Positions 36,830 to 46,675 of a stretch of DNA of 64,000 bases are shown one piece after another. Origin of the DNA: an uncultured delta proteobacterium. GTDB taxonomy: Bacteria; Desulfobacterota; Binatia; Binatales; Binataceae. A program made the position numbers and the translations under genes. The stretch covers positions 928,001 to 992,000 of the forward strand of contig CAVXXK010000001.1 in assembly GCA_963765675.1 (NCBI GenBank), written 5' to 3'. The notes under the pieces are model-generated. The model did no database searches. It was given only the letters and a program-made list of their open reading frames with translations, and had not been told where the DNA came from. Position 1 is the first letter of the stretch; every line of letters begins with the position of its first letter.

Positions 36830-39701
36830 CCAAGGCAAAAAAGAAGTTGCGGCACTCTGCCGATACTTCGCTACTAACCGCCAGGCATTCCTAGCCTCTG
36901 GAATCAAAGAAGCCCACATCCGTCAAACATTAATCGATCCTTTCTTTGAGGCCCTCGGCTGGGATGTCCGCAACCAAGGCATGGCTGCGCCTCAATATCG
37001 GGAAGTCATTCCCGAAGATAGCCTAGACATCGAAGGACAACAGAAAGCCCCGGATTACACTTTCCGCGTTGGCACTCTTCCAAAGTTCTACGTCGAAGCC
37101 AAAAGATGCGGCGCAGACATTAGCGTTGATCCCGCCCCTGCATTCCAGATTCGCCGGTATGGGTGGAGCGCCAAACTCGCGTTGTCCATTCTCACCGACT
37201 TCGAGGAACTAGCCGTTTACGACTGCACTGTCCGCCCTCGTCCGAACGATAAGGCGACGCACGCCAGAATCCAGCATTTCCGCTACAACGAATACACCGA
37301 CCGCTGGCGTGAGTTATGGGATTTATTTTCCCGTGAAGCCGTTTGGTCTGGGGCCTTTGATCAATACGCTGCGTCCAAGCGAAAGCGTGGCACCTCCGAA
37401 GTCGACGCAGAGTTTTTGAGGGAGATGGAGAGCTGGCGGCGCGCGCTGGCCGTGAACATCGCCCTTAGGAACAAAAACCTATCTTTGGACGACCTGAACG
37501 CCGCTGTGCAATTGACGATTGACCGCGTGGTGTTTCTTCGCATGGCGGAAGACCGGGGGCTGGAGCCTTACGAGCAGCTTCTGAAGTTATGCGAGCGGCC
37601 GGATATTTACCCGCGCTTCATTCGCGACGTATGCCGCAGGGCTGATCAGAAGTACAACTCCGGGCTGTTTCACTTCCGGAAAGAACAAGCGGTATCCGAA
37701 GACCCCGACCGGATCACGCCGCAGCTGGCGGTGGACGACAAGATTTTCAAACCGATTATCGAAAGCCTGTATTTCGCCTACGGCTCGCCCTATCACTTCG
37801 GCGTCTTACCCGTCGAAATCCTTGGGACCGTCTATGAACGATTCTTGGGCAGGGTGATCCGGTTAACGGCAGGCCACCAAGCCAGAATTGAGGAGAAGCC
37901 CGAAGTACGCAAGGCGGGCGGCGTTTACTACACGCCAGCTTACATTGTCGAGTACATCGTCAAACACACCATTGGCCCTCTGATTCAAGGGCGAAGTCCT
38001 GCGCAGCTGGCTAACGGCAAGGACGGAGTGCCTTTCCGAATCCTCGATATGGCCTGCGGAAGTGGATCGTTTCTGTTAGGTGCATACCAGATCCTTCTGG
38101 ACTCCTGCTTGAATTGGTACATCGAACACAAGCCGGACAACTTCAAGAGAGCCGTTTACAAGGACCCCCGTAACGGTCAATGGAGACTCAAGATCGAGGA
38201 AAAGAAACGAATTCTCACCACGCATATCTTTGGTGTGGATATTGATCCTCAGGCCGTGGAAGTCTCCAAGCTCTCGCTGCTGCTGAAGGTGCTGGAAGGT
38301 GAGACCGACCAAAGCTTTTCGCTGAGCCAGCTTGCCTTCGGTGACCGCGCCCTCCCCAACCTAGCCGGCAATATCAAGTGCGGAAATTCACTGATCGGCC
38401 AAGATTATTTCGCCGGTAAGCTTTTTGCCGATCCCGAGGAAATCAAACGTGTTAACCCGTTCGACTGGAAGCAAGGCTTCCCCGCCGCTATGAGAGCCGG
38501 GGGCTTTGACGCCGTCATCGGGAATCCACCGTATTCCTACCGGAACGCGACGGAGGATCTACTTCGCGACTACTATATGTCACGTTTTCTGTCGACCGAA
38601 GGGAATTTCGACCTCTATAAGTTCTTTCTCGAAAGGAGCACTGAACTCACACGAGAGCGAGGCGTTGTGGGCTTCATTGTCTCTGCAACTTTCCTGGTTC
38701 AGCCGACTTTCTCGAAGCTTCGAAAACTGCTCCTTGATCGAACGGCTCTTGTTGAACTGGCCCCGCTCGGGCCGAGAGTGTTTACAGGAGCTACTGTTGA
38801 TACTTCAGTGATTATCGCGAGAAAGCTGAAACCAAAAAGGGGGCACCTAGTCTATATCCGCACACCATCCAACCCCCTAGAAATTGGTGTGGCAGCACCC
38901 TACCACGTACGCCAGTCGCGATTCCGCGACAATGCCAAGTTCAGCTTTGACTACAAACTCTCTGAAGAGACTGCGGCGATCGTCTCCGCACTCTTCGTCA
39001 GGCTCCCACCGATTGAAAGCGGTTTCGAGTTCAGCGTCGGAATCAATACCGGATTTATCCGTGATGAGTTGACGGCACCTATCCGAAAGAATCAGTTCTA
39101 TCACCCGATGGTCCCGGGCAGCGGCATAGCTAGATATGGTTCCGTGAGCACCGACGGGTGGATCATGTACAATCCTGAGTATGTACGCGGTAGAGGGAAA
39201 TTCGGTCGAACGCTTCCCCCGGAGAGGTTTTTCGAGCAAGAAAAAATTCTTGTTGTTCGAACTCGAAATCTCTCATTACGCCGGCGAATTATTGCCACCA
39301 TAGACCGTTCGAGTTCTTATAATCTTAATAGACTTTCTAACATCATCGCACGATCGAAATATAGTCTTTTGGGGCTATTGGGAATCCTTAACTCAACTCT
39401 CTTCAATTGGTTGTTCAGCACTCGTTATTTTGATTACGAGATCAAGCCCGCATACCTGCGCGTTTGCCCGTTAGCCGACTGCAATGAGAACAGACTTGTT
39501 CGAAACGTCGAACGGATGCTGACTCTACACCAACACCTTGCTGCTGGAAAATCGGACGCGCAGAGGGCCGTCATTCAGCGTCAGATTGACGCGACGGATA
39601 CGGAGATTGATCGGCTGGTGTACGATCTATACGGCCTTACGGACGAAGAGATCGCAACCGTGGAAGAAGCGAGCGCGAACCTGGTCAGCGTCCAAGAATG
39701 A
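36813..39701 (+). CDS. Type IIG restriction-modification fusion (endonuclease + N6-adenine MTase + TRD)
   Basis: PDY..VEAK nuclease, GVYYTP, DMACGSG (motif I), GNPPY (motif IV), TaqI-C-like TRD and IDRLVYDLYGLT..E tail. Confidence 0.92.
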   Translation: MSKTIDQGKKEVAALCRYFATNRQAFLASGIKEAHIRQTLIDPFFEALGWDVRNQGMAAPQYREVIPEDSLDIEGQQKAPDYTFRVGTLPKFYVEAKRCGADISVDPAPAFQIRRYGWSAKLALSILTDFEELAVYDCTVRPRPNDKATHARIQHFRYNEYTDRWRELWDLFSREAVWSGAFDQYAASKRKRGTSEVDAEFLREMESWRRALAVNIALRNKNLSLDDLNAAVQLTIDRVVFLRMAEDRGLEPYEQLLKLCERPDIYPRFIRDVCRRADQKYNSGLFHFRKEQAVSEDPDRITPQLAVDDKIFKPIIESLYFAYGSPYHFGVLPVEILGTVYERFLGRVIRLTAGHQARIEEKPEVRKAGGVYYTPAYIVEYIVKHTIGPLIQGRSPAQLANGKDGVPFRILDMACGSGSFLLGAYQILLDSCLNWYIEHKPDNFKRAVYKDPRNGQWRLKIEEKKRILTTHIFGVDIDPQAVEVSKLSLLLKVLEGETDQSFSLSQLAFGDRALPNLAGNIKCGNSLIGQDYFAGKLFADPEEIKRVNPFDWKQGFPAAMRAGGFDAVIGNPPYSYRNATEDLLRDYYMSRFLSTEGNFDLYKFFLERSTELTRERGVVGFIVSATFLVQPTFSKLRKLLLDRTALVELAPLGPRVFTGATVDTSVIIARKLKPKRGHLVYIRTPSNPLEIGVAAPYHVRQSRFRDNAKFSFDYKLSEETAAIVSALFVRLPPIESGFEFSVGINTGFIRDELTAPIRKNQFYHPMVPGSGIARYGSVSTDGWIMYNPEYVRGRGKFGRTLPPERFFEQEKILVVRTRNLSLRRRIIATIDRSSSYNLNRLSNIIARSKYSLLGLLGILNSTLFNWLFSTRYFDYEIKPAYLRVCPLADCNENRLVRNVERMLTLHQHLAAGKSDAQRAVIQRQIDATDTEIDRLVYDLYGLTDEEIATVEEASANLVSVQE

Positions 39702-39740
39702 CGAGAAAACGTTGAATATAGATTCCCGAAGCAATTGCTA

Positions 39741-40916
39741 TTAGCCGTTCTGCGCGGCAGGTTTCGGTGCGACGGGTGCGTCCGCGGTCTTGGCGGTTTT
39801 TGCTTTCTGCCGAAGTTGCGCGAGCATCTGGCGGAGCTTCTGTGGATTGACCGGCTTCTTGAACAGCGCGCCCTCGAGGCCCTTTAGCCGCGCGCGCTTC
39901 ATGATGTGGTCCTTGTCGTAGTAGTACGCGGTCATCAGGATCACGGGCAGCTCGGGCATCTCGCCTTTGACCGTCATGTAGAAATCGTAGCCGTCCATTT
40001 CCGGCATCACCACGTCGGATATGACCGCATCGACTTTGACGTTGCGCAGGATTCCCAGCGCGGCCGAGGGCCGCGTCGCGCAATGCACCACGCATTTCTC
40101 GGCGCGCAGGACCTCGCCGAGTGAGTTTACCACCGCTAGATCGTCGTCGAGCACGACTACCGACATTCCCGCAAGCGGCAAATCTTCGGTCGGCTGCGGT
40201 ATCGAGCCCTGCGCGGGCGCGGTTTCGTGCGGCTGATTTTTTTCACGTGAATTCTCTCGCGGGGCGAGATCGGCCATCCGCTTGCCCGCCAGGTAGTCAC
40301 GCGTTTCGTACACGCCCTTGCGCGCCATCTCGTCGAGGCGGCGCACGATCGCCTGCACACGCTCGATACTGCCGCGAATCGAATCGACGCGTTCGTTCTC
40401 GACCACTTTCTCAGACTCGTTCAAATGCGAATCCATCGCGCGAGTCACGAGATCGAGGTTGTTCAGAATCGATTCGAGCGGATTGTTGATTTCGTGCGCG
40501 AGGCTGACCGCGATTTCGCCGGCGGTCGCAAGCTGCTGATTGAGACGCATCCTGCGGATATCGCGCGCAAATCCGATCGAGCCGATTTCATTGCCCTGGT
40601 CGTCGTGGATCAGGCCGCCCGAGATCATAACCGGGATGATCTGGCCCGCCTTGTTGCGGAAGGCGGTTTCGAAGCTCGCGATCCGGTTTCCATTTGGAGA
40701 CGCGCGCATCGCGCGCATCACGCGGCGCGCCTCTTCCAGCGAGGGGTAGATGCTGTCAGTGCAGGGCTTGCCGATTACTTCCTCGGGGGCGTAGCCCAGG
40801 CTCTGGCGGGCGCCGTCGTTGTAATAGGTAATCACGCCTTCGCGATCGACCGCGATAATCATATCGGGCGAACTCTCGACGAGGCGCTGCAGATACTTGG
40901 TATCGAGGGGTAACAT
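39741..40916 (-). CDS. PAS-HisKA-receiver protein lacking an HATPase domain
   Basis: PAS domain, H-box AHEINNPL, and receiver VLDDD / SDVVMPEMDG / TA / KP. Confidence 0.85.
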   Translation of the reverse strand: MLPLDTKYLQRLVESSPDMIIAVDREGVITYYNDGARQSLGYAPEEVIGKPCTDSIYPSLEEARRVMRAMRASPNGNRIASFETAFRNKAGQIIPVMISGGLIHDDQGNEIGSIGFARDIRRMRLNQQLATAGEIAVSLAHEINNPLESILNNLDLVTRAMDSHLNESEKVVENERVDSIRGSIERVQAIVRRLDEMARKGVYETRDYLAGKRMADLAPRENSREKNQPHETAPAQGSIPQPTEDLPLAGMSVVVLDDDLAVVNSLGEVLRAEKCVVHCATRPSAALGILRNVKVDAVISDVVMPEMDGYDFYMTVKGEMPELPVILMTAYYYDKDHIMKRARLKGLEGALFKKPVNPQKLRQMLAQLRQKAKTAKTADAPVAPKPAAQNG

Positions 40917-40991
40917 TGTTTTCTGGCTACTAAATGAGATTATAGTTTGGAATTATAGATTGTTGGCGCCGCGGCTTCGCGTTGGCCTGGC

Positions 40992-41408
40992 TCAGGATCG
41001 CGCGCGCGGGCGGAATTTCGGGATCATCACCTCTTCGCTGACGCGCTCGAAGGTCACTTCCACCGGCATCCCGATCTTGATGTCGTGAGGCTTGATTCCT
41101 ACCAGGTTGGAGATGAACTTCGGTCCTTCTTCAAGTTTAACCACGATTACCGCGTACGGAACTTCAGTGGCAAAGGCCGGATGATAGACCTGATGCATGA
41201 TGTTGAAGCTGAAGATCTCGCCGCGTCCGCTGACCGGCACCCACTTCGCCCCTGCAGCCAGGCAGGAGGCGCAGATGTCATGGGCGGGAAAGCGAAGAGT
41301 ACCGCAATGGTCGCATCGCTCGACCATCAATTGTCCGCGGCGCGCGCCCTCGAAAAATCCGGCCATATCCGGAGTGACTGCGGGGATTGGTTTTGCCGGT
41401 GATGCCAT
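40992..41408 (-). CDS. Zn-ribbon/OB-fold (DUF35, ChsH2-like) protein
   Basis: CDHC..CASC, SGRGEIFSF and IGMPVEVTF. Adjacent to a thiolase. Confidence 0.92.
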   Translation of the reverse strand: MASPAKPIPAVTPDMAGFFEGARRGQLMVERCDHCGTLRFPAHDICASCLAAGAKWVPVSGRGEIFSFNIMHQVYHPAFATEVPYAVIVVKLEEGPKFISNLVGIKPHDIKIGMPVEVTFERVSEEVMIPKFRPRARS

Positions 41409-41483
41409 CAGAATTGAATTTTGATTACTCAAATGAAATCAGCTTCGTCGCTGGATGCAGCGCGAGAACGCCGATTGCTCAAT

Positions 41484-42662
41484 TTATGCGTTTGCTCCGA
41501 GAACCAGCGTCGAATGAGTTGAGAGGATTCCGCCGTTGCCCGAGACCAGCCCAATATCATGCCGCGGCACCTGGCGCTCGCCCGCCTCTCCGCGCATCTG
41601 CACGATCCCTTCAGCGATCGGAGTCATCCCCCACATATAAAATGAGCTGAGCTGTCCGCCGCCGGTATTTACCGGGAGCGATCCTTTGGGTCCGATGCGG
41701 CCGCCCTCGACGAATGGGCCGCCCTCGCCTTTTTTGCAGAAACCGTAGTCCTCGAGCGTCACCAGCACGGTGAAGGTGTAGCAATCGTAAAGCTCGGCGA
41801 AGTTGATATCGCCAAGCTCGATTCCCGCCATCTTGAACGCGGTCTTTTTTGCCAGCGGAGCTCCCGATACCAGCGTATCCATCGGATCGCCGCCCGGATG
41901 ACCCTGGCCCATGCCGAGGATATAGACCGGCGGATGCTTGAGCGATTTCGCGCGCTCCGCCGAGGTCACGATCACGGCCAGCCCGCCGTTGGAGACCAGA
42001 CAGCAATCATAAAGATGAAACGGCTCGACCACCCATCGCGCGGCATTGTAGTCGGCCATCGTCATCGGCGTGTCATGGAACTGCGCCGCGGGATTGAGGT
42101 TGGCCCAATCGCGCTCCGAGACCGCGATGGCGCCGAGATGCTCCTGCTTGGTGCCGTACAGATACATATGGCGCTGCGCGACGAACGCGTACGCCGCGTT
42201 GACGCCGAACTGCCCGTAATGCGCGTTGAGTCCGCGCGCGAAGCCGTATGCCGCGGCTGATCCGCCGGTGGCTTTGTTTTTATCGGGCGACGGCGGACGC
42301 AGCGGAGCGTCGGCGAACACGCACGCGACGACGTTGGCCATCCCGGCCGCAATTGCCTGCGTGGCATGCATGATCATCGCGCCGGCAGTCGCGCCGCCAA
42401 GGTTCATGGTCGCGGTCAGGGTCAGGTCGGTCAGCCCCATAGCCTGCTGGAGCGAGAACGAAGCCATCGCGTTCTCCATCCAGGTAACCCCCGGATTGAC
42501 CAGCAGCCCATCGAGGTCCGAGCGCTCGAGCCCGGCGTCGGCCAAAGCGAGCTCGATCGCCTCGACCGCGAAGCCCATCGCGTTGGGATGGTCGAAATTC
42601 TTGCCCATACGGGTCTGGCCGAGTCCCGCGATGGCGCATTTAGCTCTCAAATCAGTGGACAT
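41484..42662 (-). CDS. SCP2-type thiolase-like / Ltp2-like aldolase protein
   Basis: DCCLVSNG, ELYDCYT and NTGGGQLS. The thiolase Cys is replaced (LGGAT). Confidence 0.88.
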   Translation of the reverse strand: MSTDLRAKCAIAGLGQTRMGKNFDHPNAMGFAVEAIELALADAGLERSDLDGLLVNPGVTWMENAMASFSLQQAMGLTDLTLTATMNLGGATAGAMIMHATQAIAAGMANVVACVFADAPLRPPSPDKNKATGGSAAAYGFARGLNAHYGQFGVNAAYAFVAQRHMYLYGTKQEHLGAIAVSERDWANLNPAAQFHDTPMTMADYNAARWVVEPFHLYDCCLVSNGGLAVIVTSAERAKSLKHPPVYILGMGQGHPGGDPMDTLVSGAPLAKKTAFKMAGIELGDINFAELYDCYTFTVLVTLEDYGFCKKGEGGPFVEGGRIGPKGSLPVNTGGGQLSSFYMWGMTPIAEGIVQMRGEAGERQVPRHDIGLVSGNGGILSTHSTLVLGANA

Positions 42663-42869
42663 AAGTGGTCTCCGTATAGTGCGCGAAGGCCCCCGGGCGC
42701 AATCCCAGATCATAGCCCAACCTGTCCCGGGGCCAAAACGGGCCAAACCGGCCTCGTAGCCTCCAACGCTGCGCTTTCGTATTGTCTCTAGGAATTGGTT
42801 GGCAAGGCTCAGGATTGGTTGCCAACAGTCGATTGATGCACTTACAATTGACGGCGGGAGATCTACCAG

Positions 42870-44171
42870 ATGGCCGAACCGGTAAGCTTCGAGGCGCTCG
42901 CGAGCAGTCAGCACGTGCTCTCCAGCGCGGAGAATTTTGTGCTCTACGTCCTGCTCGAGGCTGTTGCGCGCGGCGCAGGCGGTGGCGGCGGCAGCAGGCT
43001 GCCACTTAACCTGAGCGTCGTGATCGATCGCTCGGGCTCGATGTATGACGAGCAGCGACTCGAGTTCGTGGTCGACGCGGTCAAGTTTCTTGCCGGCAAC
43101 CTGACCCCGGAAGACAAGGTCTCGATCGTCGCGTTTGCCGACAAGGCGAAAGTTATCGTGACGCCGGAAGAGGCGACCAACCGCGACGCCGTCAATCGCG
43201 CGATCGACGATATCGACATGCTCGAAATCGGCGGCGGCACGCAGATGGCGCTCGGGATGCGCGCCGCTATCGACGAGGTCAAGAAGAACCTCGACACCTC
43301 GCGCCTAAACCGCGTGCTGGTCCTGACCGACGGCCAGACCTACGAGGAGACCGCCTGCATCGATCTGGTGCAGCAGAACCGCGACAAGATTTCGTTCTCC
43401 ACCATGGGCGTTGGCGTCGAGTTCAACGAAAAGCTGCTCCAGCGTCTGGCGCAGGATTCTAACGGCAAGTATCACTTCATCGGCAACCCGGGCGACATCC
43501 CGACTATCTTCGATGACGAGTTACAGGGATTGCGCGCGGTCAGCCTGCGTAACGTCCGGATCGACGTGACGCTGGCGCAGGGCGTGCAAGTGCGCGAGAC
43601 CTTTCGTGCCTCACCGGAGATCTACGCGATGGGCGCGCCGATCATCGGCGACGATCGCAAGATCGCGTACGAGATTGGCGACCTCGAAGCCGGCGTTCCC
43701 GGCTCGGTTCTGCTGACGCTGGTGCTGCCGCCGCGCAAGCCGGGCACCGTCCGGATGCTCCAGAGCGGACTGCATTACACCGTCCCGGGAGGCAGCGAAG
43801 GATCGGCGAGTTGCGACCTGACCGTCGAGTACACGCTCGATCGCACGCTCACCAGCAAACGCAACGGCCGGGTCATGAACCTGGTCGACCAGGTTTCGAT
43901 TGCGAAGCTGCAGGCCAAGGCGGAAGAAGAGCTCAAGGCCGGCAATATCGATCGCGCGACGCGTCTTCTGGGCAACGCGATCCAGGGCACGCAGCGGATG
44001 GGCAACAGCAAGGCGACCCAGGCTCTGGCCGGGCTGCTCGATCAGGTCAAGAAGACCCAGACCCTGCAGACCAAGGCGGCCAAGACCACGCTCTTGCAGG
44101 CGCAGGCAGTGGTGCGCAAAACCCAGATGCTCGATCCCGATGCATTGAAGGATTTCGGCAAACCTGAATAG
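42870..44171 (+). CDS. vWA domain protein (YfbK-like) with C-terminal helical tail
   Basis: PLNLSVVIDRSGSM, GGT and LTDG, giving an intact MIDAS. Confidence 0.9.
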   Translation: MAEPVSFEALASSQHVLSSAENFVLYVLLEAVARGAGGGGGSRLPLNLSVVIDRSGSMYDEQRLEFVVDAVKFLAGNLTPEDKVSIVAFADKAKVIVTPEEATNRDAVNRAIDDIDMLEIGGGTQMALGMRAAIDEVKKNLDTSRLNRVLVLTDGQTYEETACIDLVQQNRDKISFSTMGVGVEFNEKLLQRLAQDSNGKYHFIGNPGDIPTIFDDELQGLRAVSLRNVRIDVTLAQGVQVRETFRASPEIYAMGAPIIGDDRKIAYEIGDLEAGVPGSVLLTLVLPPRKPGTVRMLQSGLHYTVPGGSEGSASCDLTVEYTLDRTLTSKRNGRVMNLVDQVSIAKLQAKAEEELKAGNIDRATRLLGNAIQGTQRMGNSKATQALAGLLDQVKKTQTLQTKAAKTTLLQAQAVVRKTQMLDPDALKDFGKPE

Positions 44172-44241
44172 TTAATCGTTTCCACATTCGACAGGGGACA
44201 GGCGAAAAATCTCCCGCAGCCGAAGGACAGGGGCTCAAGAC

Positions 44242-44850
44242 ATGATCAAGTGCAGCGAGTGCAGCTACGAAAACATGGACGGTCTGGATTATTGCGACGG
44301 ATGCGGCGCCAAACTGACGGCCTCCGCCGACGCGGCGCCTTCTGCTCCCGAAGCGCCCAAGCCTGAGGCTGCCGCGGCCGACGCCGCGGCGCCCGCAGCG
44401 CATCCGGCGGAAGAAGCCAAGCCTTCGGACGCTCCTACCGGCGAGATCAAGCCGGAAGCCGCTCCTGCTGAAGCACCTGCTGCAGCGGCGCCCTCGGGCG
44501 CTCCGATGTCGTTCAAGGCGACGCTCAAGATCGTTCGCGGCGGACGCAAGGATCAGGAGTTCCCACTCGAGGACGGCAATAATCTGGTAGGACGATGGGA
44601 TCCCGACACCGGGTCATTCCCTGAAGTCGATCTCGACGCCGACGATCCCGAAGCCAAAATTTCGCGCAAGCACGCGCTGATCCGAATCGCCGACGGCAAA
44701 ATCACGGTCGAGGATATCGGAAGCCTAAACGGCACGTATGTGAACCGTGGCGCGCGCTTGGTTCCCGGAACCGCGGTCGAGCTTAAGACGGGTGACGAAG
44801 TTATCATCGGAAAGACCTTCCTCAAGTTGACGGTCGATCCGATATCCTGA
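44242..44850 (+). CDS. zinc-ribbon + FHA domain protein
   Basis: CSEC..CDGC, an Ala/Pro linker, and FHA GR / SRKH / GSLNGT. Confidence 0.92.
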   Translation: MIKCSECSYENMDGLDYCDGCGAKLTASADAAPSAPEAPKPEAAAADAAAPAAHPAEEAKPSDAPTGEIKPEAAPAEAPAAAAPSGAPMSFKATLKIVRGGRKDQEFPLEDGNNLVGRWDPDTGSFPEVDLDADDPEAKISRKHALIRIADGKITVEDIGSLNGTYVNRGARLVPGTAVELKTGDEVIIGKTFLKLTVDPIS

Positions 44851-44935
44851 TTCGCCAATATCCAGATTCGCTTCGCTCTGCCGCAGCGCGCCACCCGGCC
44901 CTGCAAGCGGAAACGAAGCCAGACGTGGACGCATC

Positions 44936-46669
44936 ATGAACCCGGGTGAGCCGCTGTTGGAGGGTCATCTCCTGGACGGCCGCTATCGCGTCCGGAAAGT
45001 CCTCGGCGTGGGCGGTATGGGCAGAGTTTATCTGTCCAACGACACGCGCCTTGCGAGCCGGCCGGTTGCGGTCAAAGAGATGATCCTCGGCGACGGGATT
45101 GCCGAGAAAAAAGCGATCGAGGACTTCACTCGCGAGGCGACGGTCCTCGCCCGCCTGACCCATCCGGGCATTCCGACGCTGATCGATCATTTCGCCGAGA
45201 ACGGACGCCACTACCTGGTGATGGAATTCGTTGCCGGTGGCACGCTCGAGGACGCGCTCACCAAGGCCGGCGGCAAAATGTCCGAGGCGCTGACCCTGCG
45301 TTACGCGCGCCAGATGCTCGAAGTGCTGGATTTTCTGCATGCACAGACTCCGCCGATCGTGTACCGCGACATCAAGCCCGGCAACATCATGATCGACAAG
45401 GACGGCCGCGCGATGCTGATCGATTTCGGCATCGCGCGCTTCCTGCCCAAGGGCGGCAAGGCCACGATGATCGGCTCGCCCGGCTACGCGCCGCCCGAGC
45501 AATACGTCGGCAAGGTCGAGCCGCGCTCAGACCTCTATTCGCTCGCCGCCACGATGCATCATCTGCTGAGCGGGCGCGATCCGGCGCTCGAGCCGCCATT
45601 CAGCTTTCCGCCGTTAAGGAGCGTCGCGCCACAGGTCTCCGAGCAAACCGCCAAGGCCGTCGATCGCGCGCTGAACCATCAGATCGATCTGCGCTTTGCC
45701 TCCGCGCGCGAAATGCTCAATTCGCTGCCGCTGCCGCCCGAAGATCATTCGCAGGCTTTCGCCAACGGCGGCTCTTCGATGGGTTCGATGCGGACCGTGG
45801 TGCTGGCGAACCCGATCGCCGAACCCGCGGGCGCGGTTCCCGCGCAGCCGATTCGTCCCAGCTCGCCAACGCCGGGACGGCTGACCTATCCGCCACCGAC
45901 TCCCGCGCCGCGCATCAGTTCCGGTTCATCTCCGTCTCTTACGAATATGCCGACCGTCGTACTGTCGCGTCCCGCCGCCGGGTCGCCGTCGAAGGCGGCG
46001 CCGTCGGCGGGACCGAAGCCACTTAACCCCTCGATGCAAAAGGCGATCGACTTGGGCGCGCGGGCCAAGGCGCTCCTCGAGCGCGGACTTCGGTCAAAGA
46101 TCGTCTCGACCGTGATGCAGGGCGGATCGAACCCAGGCGACGGCGACTCCGCAGGCGTCTCTTCGACCGCGAAGACGCGCGAGTTGCGCCCGGGCGCGTC
46201 CTCGCCGCGGCAGGCGGCTCCTGTCTCGACTGCGGAGCGTTCTCCCGCGCCGACGGCGGCGCGCTCGGGATCGGTTGCTCCGGCGCGGCCCCGTCCGGTC
46301 ACGCCGCCGCTCTTTCCCGAGGACGCCAAGGGGCGCACCACCGGCGCGCCGGCGCGGTTGGCCGCGCGGGGCGAGAACTTGGAGTTCACGATCAGGTTCG
46401 TCCATACGACTATCGGGCGCTCCCAGAACGGGCAGACCTCGAAGCCCGATATCGATCTGGCGGCGGTCAAGCGCGGCGCCGAGCGCGTCTCGAATCTGCA
46501 TGCGGAGATCGTGCAGCGCGGCGCGGATTATTTTATCCGCGACCTGGGCAGCTTAAACGGCACCTATATCGCCGGACTCGGACGGCTCGGGCGCGACCAG
46601 CTCTACAAATTGAAGGATCGCGACCAGGTGGTCCTGGGCGGTGCTATTTTGCAGTTCCGAAGAGGTTAG
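44936..46669 (+). CDS. Ser/Thr protein kinase with C-terminal FHA domain
   Basis: GVGGMG, AVKE, YRDIKPGN, DFG and APPE. FHA motifs IGR / SNLH / GSLNGT. Confidence 0.94.
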   Translation: MNPGEPLLEGHLLDGRYRVRKVLGVGGMGRVYLSNDTRLASRPVAVKEMILGDGIAEKKAIEDFTREATVLARLTHPGIPTLIDHFAENGRHYLVMEFVAGGTLEDALTKAGGKMSEALTLRYARQMLEVLDFLHAQTPPIVYRDIKPGNIMIDKDGRAMLIDFGIARFLPKGGKATMIGSPGYAPPEQYVGKVEPRSDLYSLAATMHHLLSGRDPALEPPFSFPPLRSVAPQVSEQTAKAVDRALNHQIDLRFASAREMLNSLPLPPEDHSQAFANGGSSMGSMRTVVLANPIAEPAGAVPAQPIRPSSPTPGRLTYPPPTPAPRISSGSSPSLTNMPTVVLSRPAAGSPSKAAPSAGPKPLNPSMQKAIDLGARAKALLERGLRSKIVSTVMQGGSNPGDGDSAGVSSTAKTRELRPGASSPRQAAPVSTAERSPAPTAARSGSVAPARPRPVTPPLFPEDAKGRTTGAPARLAARGENLEFTIRFVHTTIGRSQNGQTSKPDIDLAAVKRGAERVSNLHAEIVQRGADYFIRDLGSLNGTYIAGLGRLGRDQLYKLKDRDQVVLGGAILQFRRG

Positions 46670-46675
46670 CCGCGA

